Below are positions 32,769 through 42,607 of a stretch of 64,000 bases of DNA, in pieces. Below the pieces are notes generated by a model. The model saw only the letters and a list, made by a program, of their open reading frames with translations, was not told the DNA's origin and ran no database searches. Position numbers and translations under genes: made by a program. The DNA lies in sequence record MZ422438.1. The stretch is one strand, 5' to 3'. Every line of letters begins with the position of its first letter. The stretch's first letter is position 1.

Positions 32769-33458
32769 CTATATACTTTTTAATTTATCAATAGCAATCA
32801 ATTTATCCATTGTTTCTTCAGATAGTGTATCTTCGTATCTATATATTAGATATTTAACGTATAATTTATGCATATATCTAATAATGAATTCTTCCGATAA
32901 TTCTTGATGCATACTAATAGCTTTCCAATTAATTTTATCCTGAAACTCTTCAATAAAATTTTCAGACAATGTCTGATATTTGCTAATTTCATTCCAATCT
33001 ACCATATCCTGACAGTTACGAATAAAATCTTCTGATAAGTCTCGAACTGACGAAGAAGCATGCCGCCAATTAACATTTTCTGGAAATTTTAGAATAAGGT
33101 CATTAGATACATTTCTATTTAAGCAAAAATAATCCCAACATATCTTATCTTGAAATTTGGCAATAAATGATTCACTATTTAATTTCTGATGCATACTGAT
33201 TTCATTCCAATTAACTCTATCCTGAAACTCTTCAATGAATTCTTCTGATAGTTTTTGGTCAGACGATATATATTGCCAATTAACTTTATCTTGATATTTA
33301 CGAATAAATTTTTCCGATAATTTTTGGTATTGACTTATAATATCCCAGTTTAATTTATCTTGATATTTAATGATAAACTTTTCAGGCAATTCTTCATTAT
33401 ATGCAATATATTCCCAGTTAGGTTCAACAGTAAAATTATATTTTTCATTATACTTCAT
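32769..33458 (-). CDS. Trp-repeat protein
   Basis: About 9 repeats; ends DKLKSI. Confidence 0.9.
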   Translation of the reverse strand: MKYNEKYNFTVEPNWEYIAYNEELPEKFIIKYQDKLNWDIISQYQKLSEKFIRKYQDKVNWQYISSDQKLSEEFIEEFQDRVNWNEISMHQKLNSESFIAKFQDKICWDYFCLNRNVSNDLILKFPENVNWRHASSSVRDLSEDFIRNCQDMVDWNEISKYQTLSENFIEEFQDKINWKAISMHQELSEEFIIRYMHKLYVKYLIYRYEDTLSEETMDKLIAIDKLKSI

Positions 33459-33483
33459 AGGAAACCCTCTTTCTTTTAAGCTA

Positions 33484-34116
33484 TTATATATTCTTCATTA
33501 TAGTAATATTAGTCAGCTTATCTATAGTTTTCTGAGATAACGAGTTTTTATGAATTTCAAGTACGAATTCAATATCCAAGCAATGAATATTCCTAAGAAT
33601 AAAATCATCTGACAATTTCTGGTATTGGATAATAAAATCCCAGTACACTTTATTTCCAAAATTTTCAATGAATTCTTCTGATAATTTTTGATATTGGGAA
33701 ATATTATACCAATTAACTCTATCTTGAAACTCAATAATAAAGTCTTCTGATAATGTCTGGTACCAACTAATTTCATTCCAATCTACTATATTCTGACAAT
33801 TACGAATAAGATCTTCTGATAGCTTTTGGTTTATACTGATGTAGTACCAATTAACTCTATCCTGAAACTTAATAATAAATGAATCAGATAATTCCTGAAA
33901 TATACTAATATATTTCCAATTAACCATGTCTTGATATTTATGGATAAGTTTTTCTGATAATTTCTGTTTTATACTAATAAAGTCCCAATCTAATTTGTCT
34001 TGAAAAGTATCAATAAATTTTTCATTCAACATTATGTTCTTAGATATGTATGTCCAATCAATTTTATCATCATTTATGTTAATATCATTAGTTTTAATGT
34101 ACTCGTTAATATTCAT
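33484..34116 (-). CDS. Trp-repeat protein
   Basis: About 8 repeats; ends TIMKNI. Confidence 0.9.
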   Translation of the reverse strand: MNINEYIKTNDININDDKIDWTYISKNIMLNEKFIDTFQDKLDWDFISIKQKLSEKLIHKYQDMVNWKYISIFQELSDSFIIKFQDRVNWYYISINQKLSEDLIRNCQNIVDWNEISWYQTLSEDFIIEFQDRVNWYNISQYQKLSEEFIENFGNKVYWDFIIQYQKLSDDFILRNIHCLDIEFVLEIHKNSLSQKTIDKLTNITIMKNI

Positions 34117-34262
34117 AAATTATAACCACCTTATTTTTCTTCTATATGTATAATATATAATTTTAATTTATGTTAGATGTATAAAAAAAAGGAAATGCGT
34201 ATTTAATAAATGTATAATTCCTATATAATTATTATATTATATAAGAATTATACATTTAGTAG

Positions 34263-34964
34263 TTATATATGTCTTAATGCATCAATTTCCTCTAATCTAT
34301 TTATGAATTCTTTAGATAATGATTCTGAATTATTATTTATTATTGAACTAATCGATACTTTATCAATATGATTATTAATAAATTCTTCTGATAATTGTTG
34401 CTCTCCACTAATAACGTTCCAATTAACTTTATCTTGAAATTTATCAATAAAAGATTCCGATAATGTCTGATATCTACTAATATAGTACCAACTAAGTTTA
34501 TCTTGAAATTTCTCAATGAATTCTTCTGATAATTGTTGATCTGTACTAATAACATCCCAGTCTACTTTATCCTGATATTTACGAATAAATTTTTCCGATA
34601 ATATTTGGTATTGACTTATAATATCCCAGTTTAATTTATCTTGAAATTTCTCAATGAATTCTTCTGATAATTTCTGTTGTGAACTAATAATGTACCAATC
34701 TATTTTATCTTGGAACCTTTCAATGAATTCTTCTGATAATTTTCGATACCTGCTGATGCTAGACCAGTTTAATTTATCTTGGAACTTCTCAATGAATTCC
34801 TCAGATAATTCTTGATGTATACTGATGCTAGACCAGTTTAATTTATCTTGGAACTTCTCAATGAATTCCTCAGATAACTTTTGATTTCTACTAATATCAT
34901 ACCAATCTAATTTATTTTTCAGATTATTAATAAAATCTTTATCATCTAAGTTTTTATTTTTCAT
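34263..34964 (-). CDS. Trp-repeat protein
   Basis: About 9 repeats; ends DALRHI. Confidence 0.9.
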   Translation of the reverse strand: MKNKNLDDKDFINNLKNKLDWYDISRNQKLSEEFIEKFQDKLNWSSISIHQELSEEFIEKFQDKLNWSSISRYRKLSEEFIERFQDKIDWYIISSQQKLSEEFIEKFQDKLNWDIISQYQILSEKFIRKYQDKVDWDVISTDQQLSEEFIEKFQDKLSWYYISRYQTLSESFIDKFQDKVNWNVISGEQQLSEEFINNHIDKVSISSIINNNSESLSKEFINRLEEIDALRHI

Positions 34965-34991
34965 AAGTATATCAATCCTTTATACTAATAT

Positions 34992-35897
34992 TTAAACATG
35001 TCTTAATTTATTAATTTCTTTTAATTTATCTACAAATTCTTTAGATAATGATTTTGAATTGTATTGTAGTAATGCTTCAAGATTTAATTTATTTAGATAT
35101 TTATGGATAAATGTCTTAGATAACTTTTGGTTTCTACTAATAGACTCCCAGTTTAATTTATCCTGAAACTTAATGATAAATTCTTCTGATAATACTTGAC
35201 ATGCACCAATATATTGCCAGTTAATCCTATTTTGGAACTTCTCAATGAATTCTTCTGATAATTGTTGCTCTTCACTAATAACGTCCCAATCAATTTTATC
35301 TTGAAATTTATCAATAAAAGTTTCAGATAATTTTTGGAACCGACTAATTAAGTACCAATTTACATTACTCTGAAACTCTTCAATAAATTCTTCTGATAAC
35401 TTTTGATGTTCACAGATTAAAAGCCAATTTACATTACTCTGAAATTTACGAATAGATTCTTCAGATAATTTTTGAGATCGACTAACTTGACTCCAGATTA
35501 ATTTATTTTGAAACTTACTAATAAATTCTCCTGACAGTTTTTCACATTGAGATATATAATACCAATCCAATTTATCTTGGAACTTCTCGATAAACTCTTC
35601 AGATAATTTTTGATATGTTACAATAAAATCCCAGTCAACAGTATTCTGAAACTTATCAATAAAAGTTTCAGATAATTTTTGATATATGCTGATATAAAAC
35701 CAATTAACTTTATCTTGGAATTCTTCGATGAATTCTTCTGATAGTTTTTGGTATATACTGATATTTGACCATACTACTTTATCTTGGAATTTTCTAATAA
35801 AGTCTTCAGATAATGTACGTTTTTCACATAATAACCCCCAATTAATCTTTTCGGGGAATTCACTTATAAACTCTTCGGTTAGGTTTTTATTCCACAT
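34992..35897 (-). CDS. Trp-repeat protein
   Basis: About 12 repeats; ends NKLRHV. Confidence 0.9.
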   Translation of the reverse strand: MWNKNLTEEFISEFPEKINWGLLCEKRTLSEDFIRKFQDKVVWSNISIYQKLSEEFIEEFQDKVNWFYISIYQKLSETFIDKFQNTVDWDFIVTYQKLSEEFIEKFQDKLDWYYISQCEKLSGEFISKFQNKLIWSQVSRSQKLSEESIRKFQSNVNWLLICEHQKLSEEFIEEFQSNVNWYLISRFQKLSETFIDKFQDKIDWDVISEEQQLSEEFIEKFQNRINWQYIGACQVLSEEFIIKFQDKLNWESISRNQKLSKTFIHKYLNKLNLEALLQYNSKSLSKEFVDKLKEINKLRHV

Positions 35898-35929
35898 AAA
35901 AGTATACCATTCCTTCTCTATAAAGATAT

Positions 35930-36976
35930 TTAGATACTTTTTATTTTATTAATTTGAATTAGTTTATTTAACAATTGAGGTGATAATAATTCTGAATTGT
36001 ACTGTATTAGGTGTTCAATATTTAATTTATTTAAATGATTATAGATAAACTTCTCAGATAATTTTTGATATCTGCTAATATAATCCCAATTAACTTTATC
36101 TTGGAACTTAATGATAAAGTTTTCTGATAGTTTTTGATATTGACTTGTAGCATCCCAATCAAGCTTATTCTGAAAATCAGTGATGAATTCTTCCGATAAT
36201 ATTTGATATTGACTAACATCCTCCCAATCATTTATCATATCTTGAAACTTAATGATAAAGTTTTCTGACAATTTATGATAAATTACGACTAAGTACCAAT
36301 TAAGTTTATATCTAAATTTTTCGATGAATTCTTCTGATAATTTTTGATCTCCACTAATAGTATGCCAATCAATATTGTCCTGAAGTTCTTCGATGAATTC
36401 TTCGGATAATTCTTGATATTCACTAATATTAATCCAATTAACTTTATCTTTAAATCTAGCAATAAAGTCTTCTGATAATTTCTGATATTGGCTTATATTA
36501 TACCAATCTACATTGTTTTGAAATTCTTCAATAAAGTCTTCCGATAATTCTTGATATCGACTAATAATATCCCATTTTAAATTATTCTGGAATTTACGGA
36601 TAAAGTCTTCCGATAATTCTTGATATCGACTAATAATATCCCATTTTACATTATTCTGGAATTTGCGAATAAAGTCTTCTGATAATTTCTGATATTCACT
36701 AATATTAGTCCAGTCAACTTTATCTTGAAATTCGATAATAAATTTCTTTGATAGTTTTTGATGTTTAGAAATACTGTGCCAATTTACTTTATCTTGAAAC
36801 TCACGGATAAATTTTTCCGATAATTTTTGATATTTACTAACGTCTGTCCATCTAATAATATCTTGATATTCACGGATAAAATCTTCAGGCAACTTAACAC
36901 ATGATACCGTAGTATACCAATCATAACCAAACCTTTCAAGTGTTACGTGACTTATATTATTATTGACTGTTTCCAT
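35930..36976 (-). CDS. Trp-repeat protein
   Basis: About 14 repeats; ends NKIKSI. Confidence 0.9.
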   Translation of the reverse strand: METVNNNISHVTLERFGYDWYTTVSCVKLPEDFIREYQDIIRWTDVSKYQKLSEKFIREFQDKVNWHSISKHQKLSKKFIIEFQDKVDWTNISEYQKLSEDFIRKFQNNVKWDIISRYQELSEDFIRKFQNNLKWDIISRYQELSEDFIEEFQNNVDWYNISQYQKLSEDFIARFKDKVNWINISEYQELSEEFIEELQDNIDWHTISGDQKLSEEFIEKFRYKLNWYLVVIYHKLSENFIIKFQDMINDWEDVSQYQILSEEFITDFQNKLDWDATSQYQKLSENFIIKFQDKVNWDYISRYQKLSEKFIYNHLNKLNIEHLIQYNSELLSPQLLNKLIQINKIKSI

Positions 36977-37126
36977 AGTACTTAATTCCTCCTATAATAT
37001 CATTTTTAATCTTATTAAGAAATTAGACCAAGTTAATATCTAATTTTTTGAAGTATAAATTAATAAATTCCTCTAATAGTTTTATGAAAATAAAATATAT
37101 TCTCAGTATATTTATTATGTGAAAAA

Positions 37127-37888
37127 TCAGCACATATTCATCATATCATTAATAATACGCTTTCTCTCTTTTTTTGATACAATGTAATACGTGTTATCAA
37201 TATAATTAAATTCTTTAATAAAATCTTCCGATAATATTTGATATCGACTTATAATATCCCAGTTTACATTATCTTGAAACTCATGGATAAAATCTTCAGA
37301 TAATTTTTGGTACATACTAATATAATCCCAATCTACTTTATCCTGAAATTCTCTAATAGAGTCTTCTGACAATCTTTGATATATGCTAATATTTTCCCAG
37401 TCTACATTATCTTGGAATTCTTCAGATAATTTTTGATACCTTGAAGATTGATACAAATTTGTAATTTTATTATATTCAATATTAATATCATTGTTATATT
37501 TGATATCGCTATCATGATTATCATTATTATTTAGTGATAACACATGATTTTTATCTTTTATAACATTATCATATTTTGGAATATACAATATTAAGGGATC
37601 ATTATTACTATTATCATCTAGATTTTTTGAAATTTCAATATTAGCGGAATTAGATTTAATTTTATCAATATATACTTTATTTCTAAATTCTATAATAAAC
37701 TTTTTGGATAGTTTTTGCGAATTGGATAATTTTTGTGAAAATATAAGATGTTCCCAATATAATTCCGATTCATATTTTCTTATAAATTCTTCAGACAATC
37801 CTCTGGTTCTATCAATCATGTTCCAATTTAAATTATATGGATTAAGTTCGACAATCTCTTCGACAGTATAATAACAATTAATATCCAT
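37127..37888 (-). CDS. Trp-repeat protein with a non-repeat insertion
   Basis: Repeats flank an Asn/Asp-rich spacer; first gene of the array. Confidence 0.8.
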   Translation of the reverse strand: MDINCYYTVEEIVELNPYNLNWNMIDRTRGLSEEFIRKYESELYWEHLIFSQKLSNSQKLSKKFIIEFRNKVYIDKIKSNSANIEISKNLDDNSNNDPLILYIPKYDNVIKDKNHVLSLNNNDNHDSDIKYNNDINIEYNKITNLYQSSRYQKLSEEFQDNVDWENISIYQRLSEDSIREFQDKVDWDYISMYQKLSEDFIHEFQDNVNWDIISRYQILSEDFIKEFNYIDNTYYIVSKKERKRIINDMMNMC

Positions 37889-37941
37889 AATAATCCCTCA
37901 TTTCATTTATTATTTTAATATATGATGCATTTATACATTAT

Positions 37942-37954
37942 AATTATAATATAT
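37942..37954 (-). promoter_or_regulatory. Early-type promoter element upstream of the Trp-repeat array
   Basis: ATATATTATAATT on the minus strand, 54 nt upstream of 37888. Confidence 0.45.
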
Positions 37955-38174
37955 ATTTATCCTATAAGTTATAAAAAAAAAAATCAAACGTGATATATAA
38001 TGATTATCACGTTTGATATGTAATTATTTTTTAAGAATGTTTAATAGTCTTAGAGAATATTCTAAATATTTAGATTGATTTTTTACATTGTAAGTTATTA
38101 ATAATAATAATGAAGAGAGAAGGAACAGATCTCCTGATTTACAATAATCTTTTTGATATTTTCCATACATTACA

Positions 38175-38546
38175 TTACATTTCAATAGCGTTAATAAGAT
38201 CTAATTCTGCAATAAGCTGACTTACTCGGTGATCTGATAGATTTTTCCTATTTTGAATTTCTTGTTCTTTTGCTTCATCTAAAATATTATTTAATGCTAA
38301 CATAATTCTATCTAATAGAACCATCGATTCCTTATAAACTTTTACAGAATTTTCACGATTTTTAAGAATATTTATTAAATTACTGAGACTTAATTCATAC
38401 TGTCTTATTTCTTCGCCATGATTATTGATTTTTGTAAGTTCAAGTTTTGCAATAAATAACCGAATAATATCAATATTCCTATCCCTATTATCCATTAATA
38501 GAATTATATTTTTTAGATTTTCGCAAATACCATCAACTGATACCAT
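38175..38546 (-). CDS. Helical protein, possibly XpaC-like
   Basis: The C-terminal coiled segment ending IAELDLINAIEM resembles those of 38546 and 43655. Confidence 0.4.
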   Translation of the reverse strand: MVSVDGICENLKNIILLMDNRDRNIDIIRLFIAKLELTKINNHGEEIRQYELSLSNLINILKNRENSVKVYKESMVLLDRIMLALNNILDEAKEQEIQNRKNLSDHRVSQLIAELDLINAIEM

Positions 38547-39412
38547 TATATTTCACCTTCTATTCTACTTTTAGTAAACATATTAAGTGCTTCTAATTCA
38601 TTATTGATCATTTCCAAATTTACTTCTTGTAAATTCTTTTCTTTCATTAATTTAATTTGTTCTTGATTTTCTTTTTCTTTTTCTACAGATTTAGTAATTA
38701 CTTCTTCAATCTTAACAAGTAATGAATTTACTGTTGTATATACTTCATCTGAAAATATTGCACTATTTTCATTTAAGTGTCCAATAATTATATCATTTAT
38801 GCTTGATAAACTTAATCTAATTTTATCATGTGTATGGATATTGTATTTTAATAGATTAGATACTTTTTTGTTTTTCATTAATGAATTAATAGTTCTTCTT
38901 AATCGATTATTATAGTTTTTATCTTTAAAGTATTGAATATACTCGATATTTTTATTAATGAATTTAATAAAATCAATAGCGTCCATATCCGGAATATATT
39001 TTTCAGTTGAATAAATTATTGCATTATCATTATTATTTTTATATCTTAGTGAGTTTGATCTAGTTAAGTGCCTATTTATATATCTAAGATCATTTGTAGC
39101 TTGATCTATTTCACTGAAATTAACGGAATCATCTCTTACAATATCTTTATAGTCACGAAGTATTAAATATCCTGAACTAATAATACCTTTAGTTAAATGA
39201 TTATTTTTAATGCGCATATAAGTCTCAATATTATTTTTAATAATATTGAGGCAACTTTGGATATTTAATGAATCAATATTATTTAAACTAATATATTCGA
39301 TTTCATTAAACAATTTAGACAATTCTTTACTTCTAGATAAATTTTCTGAAAGTAAAAATTTATCTAAAAGATCATCATTCTTATTATTTTTTATTTTAAT
39401 AAATTTAAACAT
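38546..39412 (-). CDS. Helical protein, possibly XpaC-like
   Basis: 288 aa; C-terminal MINNELEALNMF. Confidence 0.4.
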   Translation of the reverse strand: MFKFIKIKNNKNDDLLDKFLLSENLSRSKELSKLFNEIEYISLNNIDSLNIQSCLNIIKNNIETYMRIKNNHLTKGIISSGYLILRDYKDIVRDDSVNFSEIDQATNDLRYINRHLTRSNSLRYKNNNDNAIIYSTEKYIPDMDAIDFIKFINKNIEYIQYFKDKNYNNRLRRTINSLMKNKKVSNLLKYNIHTHDKIRLSLSSINDIIIGHLNENSAIFSDEVYTTVNSLLVKIEEVITKSVEKEKENQEQIKLMKEKNLQEVNLEMINNELEALNMFTKSRIEGEI

Positions 39413-39485
39413 TCGATCACCATCCAGTTAATTATTATAATTCTTTCTAATCTTTGTTATATAAATTTATTATCATTTCGAAAAT

Positions 39486-39677
39486 TCAGATATTTCTCAA
39501 TTCTCTGATCTTAACTAATTTACGCTTTATTTTATTAGATATTAGTTTATCATGTGATATCAATAGATCAATATCTAATTTCTTGAAGAATATATTAATG
39601 AATTCTTCTGATAAATTTTCACAATATATAGATTTGCCCTTCCAGTTGATTGTACTATTATTTTCAATAGATAAGTA
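39486..39677 (-). other. Start-less 63-codon ORF: one Trp repeat plus the family cap, in frame behind the stop of 39678-40175
   Basis: YLSIENNSTINWKGKSIYCENLSEEFINIFFKKLDIDLLISHDKLISNKIKRKLVKIRELRNI*. Confidence 0.6.
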
Positions 39678-40175
39678 TTAATCTTCAGTTAGATCAATAA
39701 TATCTTCAAGATGTGAACCAAAAGTAGAATAGTCTATTAACCATATTTCTTTTAATGGGTCTTCTTCAAGAAAGATTGCAATATCTTTTGCATGTTTCTT
39801 AATTTTATCCACAATATAATTATACGTTCGATCAGCACCACTAGGATTCTTAATGGATCTTAGAAAAACGTCATCATAAGATTCAGTTTCAATAATATGA
39901 TATCCTTCATAAGTTTTATTTCCTTTTTGTAACGTCACCGATCTTAATACACTTTTTCGAGTTTCTTTAATGCCAATTAGGTCAGCTAAATTAATTACTT
40001 CTTTTTTATTCAGATCAATTCCATTTTCTAGTACAAAAGGAACTGGTTGTAGGTTCTCGTATTCCTCATCATCAATATCACTTAGTGAATTAATATATTC
40101 TAAAGCATCATTATATGATTTAAATACCTTATGTTTATTCTTTTCCGTATTAGTAATTTTATATTTGATTGTCAT
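39678..40175 (-). CDS. Hypothetical protein
   Basis: 165-aa ORF with RBS AAGGGA. Confidence 0.7.
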   Translation of the reverse strand: MTIKYKITNTEKNKHKVFKSYNDALEYINSLSDIDDEEYENLQPVPFVLENGIDLNKKEVINLADLIGIKETRKSVLRSVTLQKGNKTYEGYHIIETESYDDVFLRSIKNPSGADRTYNYIVDKIKKHAKDIAIFLEEDPLKEIWLIDYSTFGSHLEDIIDLTED

Positions 40176-40198
40176 AGACCATCAATCCCTTCATTTAG

Positions 40199-40957
40199 TT
40201 AATTTTTATTTTTAAATTCTAGTTTAATATTATTACTCTGAACCTTACGTAAATACGATAATATCGAATTCACCTTTACTTTCCATACATCATTCACAAC
40301 AGAAAGTATTTGCTTCATCCGATAATATATCTGATTATTATTATCGATGGCAAGAATTATACTCATATGCTGAGCCTGAATTACCTTATCAATCGTAATA
40401 ATATCGTACAAGTTTCTTTCATTTCTACTTTTAATTAATTCTTCGCCATCATTATACTTAATTGGTCTTATCTTCATAAGTTCACTAACAGATTTAATAA
40501 TTTCAGACGTATTTATACATTCCATATTATCATTCAAAATTTCTTTTAAATATTGAATATTATTATCTGTCTGCTTAATATTATTTAATAAGTATACTTC
40601 ATATTCTGCGATAATAAATAAAATATCCTTATATTTTTCACGAACAGTACTAATCTCACGATTATTTCGAATATTATAGTCACTATCAATATTGGACATC
40701 ATTCTCATAATAGTATCAGATTTTTCTTCAATATAATTAATATACGTTTCATTATATGCGTAACGTATAATATCCTTTGATACTTGGTTATTTATTGACT
40801 GAAGTTTATGCGATATTTCAAAGATCTCTATTTTACGATTAACTACGTCATAATATATTTCTTGAGCTTCTTTCTTTTTATCCAGTGATAAGCTTGAATA
40901 CGTAGGAACTTTATCATACATAGCAGGATGTATATACAATATATTATCTCCTTTCAT
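40199..40957 (-). CDS. Toxic anion resistance (TelA/YaaN)-like coiled-coil protein
   Basis: The C-terminal QAQHMSIILAIDNNNQIYYRMKQILSVVNDVWK resembles the TelA IRLIQxxNxxLxxKI...IPLWK region. Confidence 0.45.
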   Translation of the reverse strand: MKGDNILYIHPAMYDKVPTYSSLSLDKKKEAQEIYYDVVNRKIEIFEISHKLQSINNQVSKDIIRYAYNETYINYIEEKSDTIMRMMSNIDSDYNIRNNREISTVREKYKDILFIIAEYEVYLLNNIKQTDNNIQYLKEILNDNMECINTSEIIKSVSELMKIRPIKYNDGEELIKSRNERNLYDIITIDKVIQAQHMSIILAIDNNNQIYYRMKQILSVVNDVWKVKVNSILSYLRKVQSNNIKLEFKNKN

Positions 40958-41077
40958 TATTATTATTATTGTTGATTTATTAAATATATATTAATAATAT
41001 ATATGCATTTTTATAATAAAGTTTAATATTATTCCCTAATACAAGAATTTACATTTATCTTGTATTAGGGAACAAAT

Positions 41078-41269
41078 TTATTTATTTTGATCTATATTAA
41101 TAAAATATAATACCCAAAAAGACCATATTAACCCAAAGATGATTATTAAAAATCTAAAAATTAATGAATCTATAAGCAATCCTAATATAATTAATATTAG
41201 TGACATTATGGTTAAAATCATTAATACTATTTCTTTATGATCTTTTAATAAGTTAAATATTTTTTTCAT
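41078..41269 (-). CDS. Small two-TM membrane protein
   Basis: 63 aa with two hydrophobic segments. Confidence 0.6.
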   Translation of the reverse strand: MKKIFNLLKDHKEIVLMILTIMSLILIILGLLIDSLIFRFLIIIFGLIWSFWVLYFINIDQNK

Positions 41270-41501
41270 AATAAAACCCCCATTATAATATAATAATTAA
41301 ATGTATAAAAAAATTAAATCATAAAATTTAATTTATGTAACTTGTTAGGGGAGAACGAGTTACGTCGTATCTCTTGCGTTATCAACAATATTTATAGTTG
41401 TTCATAAATATTATGACTTTTGTATTTTGCATTTTTGTTATTTCCAATAATTGTTATATAGTTTTGGTATATTAATCTATATATTATTTCATCATTACAA
41501 T

Positions 41502-41666
41502 AGAACCAACCTTATAGTAAAAATTATATATAAAGAATAAAAAATCTATATAATTTACCTTCGGTATAAGGATTGTTACATAGAAGGAAAGATCTACATA
41601 TTTTTATTAAAAAGCATATATGGATTTATAGTTAAGTCAGAACCAACCCTATAGTAAAAATTATAT
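41502..41666. repeat. Two 28-nt direct repeats in a ~590-nt non-coding gap
   Basis: AGAACCAACCYTATAGTAAAAATTATAT at 41502 and 41639 (1 mismatch). Confidence 0.85.
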
Positions 41667-41861
41667 TAATAATTATATTTTATTATGAGTTTAATGCTTC
41701 GTTGTAAGAATCTTTACATGCACGGATAAATTATAGTTAATTGTTATGTATAATATATCCAAGCATGTAAGGTTTCTTAGATTATTTTTATTTTTTATTA
41801 TTTTAATAACTAATAAAGATATTAAACTTAATTTATTTCGTTATATATAATATTAAAGTAA

Positions 41862-42146
41862 TTATTTATCTATATGATTTACTTCTATAACTTTAATTTC
41901 TAGTTCTGAAACTTCTTCGTGTTTTCTGAATACTGATGCAGTATTTCTTGTAACGTATATTTTATGTTTTCCGGGAATCCATTCAATATTGATTTTAAGA
42001 TTATCCTGAATCATTTTAATGAGCGTTAGTCTACTAGCTTTATTTACTAATTCGCCCCAAAGGTAATATTCATTATAACCATTATTCCTAAGAATGTCTA
42101 ATTCTTTTTTTGATAATTTGTATTTTGTTTCATAAGTTATTTCCAT
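41862..42146 (-). CDS. Hypothetical protein
   Basis: 94 aa; RBS AAAGGTGG. Confidence 0.65.
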   Translation of the reverse strand: MEITYETKYKLSKKELDILRNNGYNEYYLWGELVNKASRLTLIKMIQDNLKINIEWIPGKHKIYVTRNTASVFRKHEEVSELEIKVIEVNHIDK

Positions 42147-42179
42147 GATTTATTAATTATCCACCTTTATTTATTATTT

Positions 42180-42590
42180 TTAAAGATCAATAATGTTATC
42201 TAGATGTAAAGATTCTTTATCTAATGAATTATTATCGATAATATAGTTAATTCTTGATTTAACGATGACGTCAGTTATTCTCTTAATTTCTTTAATGCAG
42301 GCACTATATAATTCATTCTTGTCTATTTTTGTTATCTTTAAGGTAAGATCTTCAAGCTTTTCGTAATCAATTGGTTGTTCACGTCCATACATAATCCAAC
42401 TTGTATATCCACTACTTACTTTTTTTCTTTTCAGTATTTCAGTGTTATAGTAATTTGTGATGGTAGAAAAATATTTTTGCCTTTTTCTTTTAATACTTTT
42501 AAAGTATATTTTGTTGTCTGAATGAACGCAGAATTTTAAGTTAAATGAATTGTTAATAAGAACTTCAAAATCTAAATCATCTAATACCAT
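42180..42590 (-). CDS. Hypothetical protein
   Basis: 136-aa ORF. Confidence 0.65.
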   Translation of the reverse strand: MVLDDLDFEVLINNSFNLKFCVHSDNKIYFKSIKRKRQKYFSTITNYYNTEILKRKKVSSGYTSWIMYGREQPIDYEKLEDLTLKITKIDKNELYSACIKEIKRITDVIVKSRINYIIDNNSLDKESLHLDNIIDL

Positions 42591-42607
42591 TTAATAATTC
42601 ATTCCTT

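Larger units (their letters stand above)
31237..37888 (-). repeat. Tandem array of eight genes built from a 66-nt (22-aa) Trp repeat
   Basis: The unit W-x-x-I-S-x-x-Q-K-L-S-E-E-F-I-E-K-F-Q-D-K-[VL]-[ND] recurs dozens of times across the eight genes. Confidence 0.95.

Noticed and set aside
31237-37888. CRISPR array suggested by the regular 66-nt periodicity
   Set aside because: The repeats are in-frame coding units with codon-level variation and no unique spacers, and no cas genes are present.
31237-37888. Diversity-generating retroelement, with the frameshifted 31237 copy as template repeat
   Set aside because: No reverse transcriptase lies in the window, differences between copies include non-adenine changes (e.g. 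AGC vs AGT), and the copy has an RBS, start and cap and is broken by only one base.
41502-41666. Mini-CRISPR from the two 28-nt repeats
   Set aside because: There are only two copies, and the 109-nt interval is far longer than a spacer.
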